A DNA stretch of 15,015 nucleotides from Prasinococcaceae sp. CCMP 1430 (lineage: Eukaryota > Plantae > Prasinodermophyta): the NCBI GenBank assembly GCA_013416795.1, contig RQSC01000458.1, positions 4,781-19,795 on the forward strand, read 5' to 3'. Both the position numbers and the translations under genes were made by a program. The first letter of the stretch is position 1, and the number at the start of each line of letters is the position of its first letter. The notes beneath the pieces were generated by a model. The model saw only the letters and a program-made list of their open reading frames with translations. It ran no database searches and was not told the origin of the DNA. Positions 9,910-15,015 of the stretch are shown piece by piece.

Positions 9910-10082
9910 CATGGTGAAAATGTGGATGCACATGAGCCACGGGAGAGTTCTTCGCGGCGGCGGCGGAGCCGAGCCGGGCTCGCGGGCGGCATGCAAACAC
10001 ATATGCGGTGATGTGCCGCCGATGGTACATGGTGAAAATGTGGATGCACATGAGCCACGGGAGAGTTCTTCGCGGCGGCGGC
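9910..10082. repeat. Perfect 55-nt direct repeat (9910-9964 and 10028-10082) with a 63-nt spacer
   Basis: CATGGTGAAAATGTGGATGCACATGAGCCACGGGAGAGTTCTTCGCGGCGGCGGC occurs twice. The first copy begins immediately after the N at 9909. Confidence 0.93.
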
Positions 10083-10212
10083 ACCTATCGCATCCTCGCT
10101 CCGCCTTGGTATCGCGCGCGCGCTCGGCGGGGCTGCGGGCGCCGGCGGCTGCCGCGCGACGACGTGGAGGGCGGGGGTTGGGGCGGGAGGGAGGGGGGCA
10201 GAGAGGGGGAGG

Positions 10213-10230
10213 GAGAGAGAGAGAGAGAGA
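10213..10230 (+). repeat. (GA)9 microsatellite just upstream of the ATG at 10236
   Basis: Directly visible GAGAGA run. Confidence 0.85.
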
Positions 10231-10235
10231 GGCGG

Positions 10236-13069
10236 ATGGCGGCGGACGGTGGAGCCGCGGTGGGCGCAGCGGCGGCGGTGGCGGCGGGGGATGGGGCGGA
10301 CGGGGCGACCCAGCAACAGCCCGGCAGAGGCGGGGGTGGCGGAGGGGGGGATGGGGGCGGCCGCGGCCGCGGTAGGGCGCGCGGACGAAGCAACGGTAGG
10401 AAGGGTCGAGGTGGCGGACGCGGAAACCATGGGCCCGGTGGGCGCGGCGGCGCGCAAGAGCGCCCAGCCCCTGACGTTGCCAGCAACGCGCACGGAGGCG
10501 CTGCTCCCGGCACTGGTGGTGATACCAGCGCCAGCACGAGCAGCACGGTGCTGAGCGCGGGTGCGGTGGCATTCCTCCCGAGAAGCGTCTCGATGGGGAA
10601 TGGATCGCCTAAAGCGATAGGCGCGCAGCAGGAGCAGGAGCAGCAGCTGCAGCAGCGGCGTGGCAGTGCAAAGACACGCGAGGGCCGTGCCAGGCGAGGC
10701 CGCCAGCAGCAGGGTGTCCCAACCGGTTCTGGCGATGGCGGCAGCGATGGCAGTGCTCCAAGCGCTGCAGGTGCCGGCGGCAGCACGCAGAGCGCTGGCG
10801 CGAGCACTTCACGGGGGGGCAAGGGCAAGGGCAGGGCCAGGACTAGGGGCAAGGAGAAGGCGAACGCGGCCGGCAGAGCTTGCGGCAAGGACAAAGCGAA
10901 GAGGAGAGCGCGCAGCGGCACGGCGGTGCGCTGGCGGGAACTTCCTGACGACGTGATTGATCCCATTACGCTTGAGCCCATCAATGCGTCCGAGGTGGCA
11001 CCGTTTGAGCTCGCGACGGGCGAAACACACTCGTATTACGACGGCGCGACTCTCGCGGGCTACTTGCTGAACAGGCGGTGCGTGTGCGCGATGCGTGGAC
11101 TCTTCTGTTGCTGCGCTCTCTCGCACAATGGGCAGGCATTAGTCGAAGCCCTCAGCATCCACGCGTCACCGAAGGCCTCTTCTTGCGCGGCCCGTCGATG
11201 TCACAGGCGTGCAGACTGTCGTTGGGCGCGTGCTGACTCGGCCCCTCCACCCACCCATTCACCCGCCACACCACCACGCACACACACACTTTTCCGGACA
11301 ATGCATATACCCCCACCTTTGCTCGCGCTGCACCCGGCGGCGCCACGCTTAGTGTCTTCTGCAACCCGACAACTGGCCTGCCGCTCACAAAGGCGGATTG
11401 CGAGGCGCTTGACCGCCATCTGATCTCTGTCGGCAGCGGCAAGAGTGGTGGCGTCACAGAGGCTTTCCTGCGCGGCCCGGACGATAAAGCAGCAGACGCC
11501 GCTACAGTGGCAGCCGAGGTGCAGGCAGCGCTCTTCGACATCAGAGGCGGCGGAGATGCCGACGGCGGCCTGCGGGTCATCGACGACAATGTCGGAATGG
11601 GCGATAATTGGGACGCCAGGGCCGCTGCTCGGCAGTACGAGGACGCGCGCGCCGCGGCGAGGGGCACCAGCGCCAGCGTTCCTGGGCGGCACACGGACTT
11701 GTCCGCCGGCGAGTTTCCACCGCTCAACCTCCCATCAGCCGCGATCGCGCAGAGCACGGCCTTGCGGCGCGCTGAGGATGCGCCTCGGCGCCCGCCACGG
11801 CAGCGTGCACGCACGCCGGCAGAGGCGTACCCGACGCTCGCCTCGGCGGCCGCGGCCATCGCGGCCGAGGAGGACGAGCGCAGCGAGCGCAGCGAGGCGC
11901 AGCGACGCGACGCACGGCGGCGCGGACGAGGCGAGGCGGGCGGTGCAGGAAACAGCGGCCGCGCCCCGCCACGGGCGCCATCCCAGCCCTCTTGGGTGGC
12001 GGCGATGGAAGTCGAGGCGCCGACCTACAAAAAGCGAGGACCCACACCGCAGTTGGAGCGCGTGTTCTACGGGGAGACCAGCGCGAGCAGTGCCAGTGGC
12101 AGCGGCGCCGGCATTGCTGGCAATACCAGTGGTGCCCGCACGGATACGGCGAGCGTCGACGCGCGACGCGCGCAGCTCGCTGCAGCCTTCGGTGTGACCA
12201 CCTCGCACGTTGGCTCGCTGGCGGCAGGCACGTCAGCGCGAAAGTTCTCGCGTGAGGTGCTCAGCCTTGCCCGGCGCAACCCAGACTTTGTCGCGCGCCT
12301 TGAGGCTGCTATCGATGCGTTCGTGGCGGGAACGTCGGCCCGCGCGCCGCTGTGGCCCATGGCCGACCGCGTGCAGCGCATGGCCGCACACGAGGCTGCC
12401 GAGCAGTGTGGGATCTCGACTTGCTCGTACGGCTCAGGTATACGCCGCTGCGTCAACATGTTCCGCGGGCGCGGAGTCGGCCCCCCTATTGCGCGCCTCA
12501 GCGAGGCCGTTCGGGCTCCAGAGAGCTCTCTCGCCAAGGGGGAGACCGTCGATGGCGTCGAGAGCGCCCAGGCCGATGGAGATGAGGTTTGCGACGACCC
12601 TTGGGCCGACGCTACTGAGCGGAGTAGAGCGCGCGCGCGCGTCGCTCCCCCGCCTGGCATGGCTTCGTCTGGCGGCAGGGCGTCTGCAGGCGCAGCTGAC
12701 GGCGCATGGGATGATGACCAGTTCGATGAGGCGGGCGCGGGAGAGCGCAGGAGCGCAATCGATGGCGGTGCTGGTACCGGTCCCCATGCGCGCTCGGGAG
12801 GCGCTGCGATGGCTGGCGCGGTAGAGGATGCCTGGGACGCGCCTGGTGGTCAGCGCAACTTGTTCGATTTGCTCGGCAGTGAGAATGAGGAGGACGAAGC
12901 CACTGAGCGTGACAGTGAAAGTGGTGAGAGTAGCGAAGACGACGGCGACTCAGCTCTCTCCCGTGGCGACAGCGCGCCCGACGAGCAAGAGCCTCGGGCT
13001 TCCGCTGCTGCTGTTGACATTGCCCCGGCCGAATGGGCGAGCGGCCATGATGGAGGCGCTGCCGATTGA
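10236..13069 (+). CDS. Uncharacterised U-box-like and R3H (NF-X1-type) domain protein, 2 exons: 10236-11077, 11353-13069, about 852 aa
   Basis: The spliced product reads DVIDPITLEPINASEVAPFELATGETHSYYDGATLAGYLLNR-R-VFCNPTTGLPLTKADCEALD (U-box-like). R3H at about 12245-12465: FSREVLSLARRNPDFVARLEAAIDAFV...PMADRVQRMAAHEAAEQCGISTCSYGSGIRRCV, with the RxxxH motif. Exon lengths 842+1717 are a multiple of 3. The start codon is inferred. Confidence 0.82.
11078..11352 (+). other. Spliceosomal intron of the R3H gene (275 nt, phase 2)
   Basis: CG|GTGCGT donor, GCTGAC at 11232-11237, no AG until CTTAG| ending at 11352. It joins the 10008 frame to the 11507 frame. Confidence 0.82.
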
Positions 13070-13093
13070 CCTTGCTATGGCATCGGAGCTCGA

Positions 13094-13098
13094 TGTAA
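13094..13098 (+). terminator. Putative polyadenylation signal TGTAA of the R3H gene
   Basis: TGTAA about 25 nt after the TGA at 13067-13069. Confidence 0.55.
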
Positions 13099-13243
13099 TG
13101 TGCGTGTGCGACGAATCGCGAAAGCAGCGCTTCGCTCTGGCGCGGGTGGGTCGCACACCGTCCTGAGTATTTGAGTTGTGTCAAAAATGTTACTGCACGT
13201 GCCCAGCGCCGGGTTCGTGCTGCCGCGCGCCCATTCTCCAGAC

Positions 13244-14096
13244 CTAGCCTTCCAGAGCAGTGGCGCCGCTGATGATCTCAATGAGTTCTGTGGTGATGCT
13301 TGCCTGGCGGCCGCGGTTGAAGATGAGCGTGAGCTTGTCGAGCATCTCGCTCGCGTTCTTCGAAGACGAGTCCATCGCATTCATACGTGCGCCGTTCTCG
13401 GCGGTGCTGTTCTCGAGCGCCGCGTTCCACATGGTGGTCGCCATCTGAAGCTCCACCAGGTCCTGCATGTTCTCTTCGAAGCCCTCCTCGAACTCGTACA
13501 CGTTGAGCTCGTCCTGCTTCTCCTTGGCGACGAGCTCCGGCGACGCGATCGTGGCGATCGTGGGCTTGTTGGTGATGACCGACACAAAGTGGTTGAACAG
13601 GATGTGCGTCTTCTCATACGAGCCCGCCTCGAGCACCTTGTCAACGATGGCGCTGACCTGCGGGAAGGTGATGGCCACCTTGGCCATGTCGCCGATCGTC
13701 GAGTGGATCGTGCTACCGTGCGTGCGCTCCAGCTGCGCCTTGCCCTTCTCACCCACCACCAGCAGCGTGCTGTCAGTCTCGCTCTGCAGCGCCATCAGGG
13801 CGCGCGTGTACTTGACAATGGTCGAGTTCACGCCGCCGCACAGGCCCTTGTCCGAGGTGAGCGGCACGATGAGTTGCTTCTCCGCCGGAGCGTCCACGGG
13901 GTTGCCGAAGAGCGTGTAGAACGGCATCCAGATGCCGCGCGAGCCGTGCATTTTGGTCTCGGCCTGGCGCAGCTTGGACGCGGCAACCATCTTCATGGCC
14001 GACGTGATCTTCTGGACGTTCCTCACCGACTTCATGCGCTGCTTGACGATGTTCAGCTGGCCGGCGTTACCGCGCGCGCCGAACGGCGTCGCGTTG
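13244..14096 (-). CDS. ATP3: Mitochondrial F1-ATP synthase subunit gamma (main 3' exon; 5' exon with most of the presequence not resolved)
   Basis: VKQRMKSVRNVQKITSAMKMVAASKL, TSDKGLCGGVNS and ARMNAMD...RQASITTELIEIISGATALEG* are gamma-subunit signatures. There is no chloroplast-type Cys-containing redox insert. The frame is open upstream to an acceptor AACAG| at 14097 (NATPFGARGNAGQLNIV resembles the end of a presequence), with CTGAC at 14186-14182. Confidence 0.96.
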
Positions 14097-14851
14097 CTGT
14101 TGGTGGCGAAGAGGCGCAGCCACAGGTGCAGGTGCGCGGTTGGCGGTGCAGGGTGGCGCGTTGCCGCGAGTGGTGCGGTATGTCAGCACGAGCGAGGCTG
14201 AAACGCGCAACGGCGCCGTGGGGCTGCGGCACGTTTCCCCCGGCTGCATCGCCGCGCGGCAATCGACACGGAGGTGCACACTTCCTCCGATCGCTTCCCT
14301 CTTCCCCTCCTCCCCCCCCGCTGCTTTCGCGCGGCTGCGCGCGGCCGCGGCGCGGCGCCCACCCACGCCCAGAGGTCGCGGCGCCGCCCGCCCCAACCCT
14401 AAAAGTAGTTGGTGTTGGTGCACACGCCCGGCAGCCAGCCACCCGCGCGGGCCCGCCATCACGGCGCATGCGGATTTAGATTTAGATCTTTTTCTTTTTT
14501 CGCGCGCGCGGGGCGCGGCGCGCCTGCGCGCGCGGCACACGCCCGTCGATATCGACTCGCGGAAGAGAAATTTCACTCCTTTTTCGCAGCCACGAGTGCG
14601 TAAACTGGTTATGATTGTGCGTGCGTGAGGCCAGCGCCATGTGACATTTCGTCCACCGCAACCAAGTTGAGATTCGCGCGGGGTGAGCGACGTGCGCAAT
14701 CGCCCTGATATGGACCGGGCCCGGGGTGGGGGGCGGCGGAAAACCGCGGCAATCCGATGGGACGAAAGTGCCTTGCGGAAAATGGTCGTGGCGCCGCCCC
14801 CGCTTGCGGGGCACATCACAGCGCGCTCGTGGCGCGCGGCGCGCGAGAGGA

Positions 14852-14884
14852 GGTGGTGGTGGTGGTGGTGGTGGTGGTGGTGGT
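14852..14884. repeat. (GGT)11 microsatellite followed by a G-rich tract
   Basis: Directly visible GGT repeats, continuing as GGGTGGGTGGTGGGAGGGGGG. Confidence 0.92.
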
Positions 14885-15015
14885 GGGTGGGTGGTGGGAG
14901 GGGGGTGAAAGCGGAGGGGGGGAGGTTCGGGTTGCTGCCTGTCGCGCGGAGGCTCGCGGGTGCGGTGCGGGGCCTGGCGCGCCCCGCGCGCCCCCAGCCG
15001 TGTGGCCGCGGGGGC

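Larger units (their letters stand above)
9688..10235. promoter_or_regulatory. Divergent (bidirectional) promoter and 5' UTR region between the ATX-like gene and the R3H gene
   Basis: Head-to-head ATGs at 9687 (-) and 10236 (+). Contains CCTAAACCCT (9820-9829), a C/CA tract, a 55-nt direct repeat and a (GA)n run. The true length is uncertain because of the N at 9909. Confidence 0.65.

Noticed and set aside
9910-10082. CRISPR array
   Set aside because: Only two repeats, repeat and spacer both too long, eukaryotic context and no cas genes.
13244-14096. Chloroplast or bacterial atpG/atpC
   Set aside because: No redox insert, plant mitochondrial-type C-terminus, an upstream intron acceptor and no atp operon.
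275-14096. Functional mitochondrial cluster (metaxin plus ATP3)
   Set aside because: They are separated by two unrelated genes; chance proximity in a compact genome is sufficient.
13178-14479. 433-aa plus-strand ORF antisense to ATP3
   Set aside because: Shadow ORF expected from strong GC3 codon bias; no recognisable domain.
14608-14710. C/D-box snoRNA (ATGATTG ... CTGA)
   Set aside because: Poor C-box match, no convincing terminal stem and antisense to the putative host intron.

Overview
GC-rich, gene-dense eukaryotic nuclear DNA, not a prokaryotic locus. GTGCGY donors, CTGAC/CTAAC branch points and TGTAA-type 3' signals suggest a green alga, plausibly prasinophyte-grade (inference). Four intron-containing genes can be rebuilt by hand. 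(1) Metaxin, + strand, 3 exons, about 355 aa. (2) A very large ATX1/2-type trithorax H3K4 methyltransferase, - strand, 3 exons, about 2516 aa, with an unusually expanded N-terminus (UIM-like motif, two Tudor-PHD modules) and a long tail after post-SET. (3) An uncharacterised protein, + strand, 2 exons, about 852 aa, combining an RGG tract, a PAM2-like motif, an intron-split U-box-like domain, an NF-X1-type R3H domain and an Stm1-like NxFDLL motif; it is a candidate ribosome/mRNP-associated ubiquitin ligase. (4) Mitochondrial F1 ATP synthase gamma, - strand, first exon unresolved. Genes 2 and 3 are head-to-head across about 550 nt containing a perfect 55-nt direct repeat next to an N. No CRISPR, rRNA, tRNA or transposase was seen. 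All domain calls are by-eye motif recognition, not database results.
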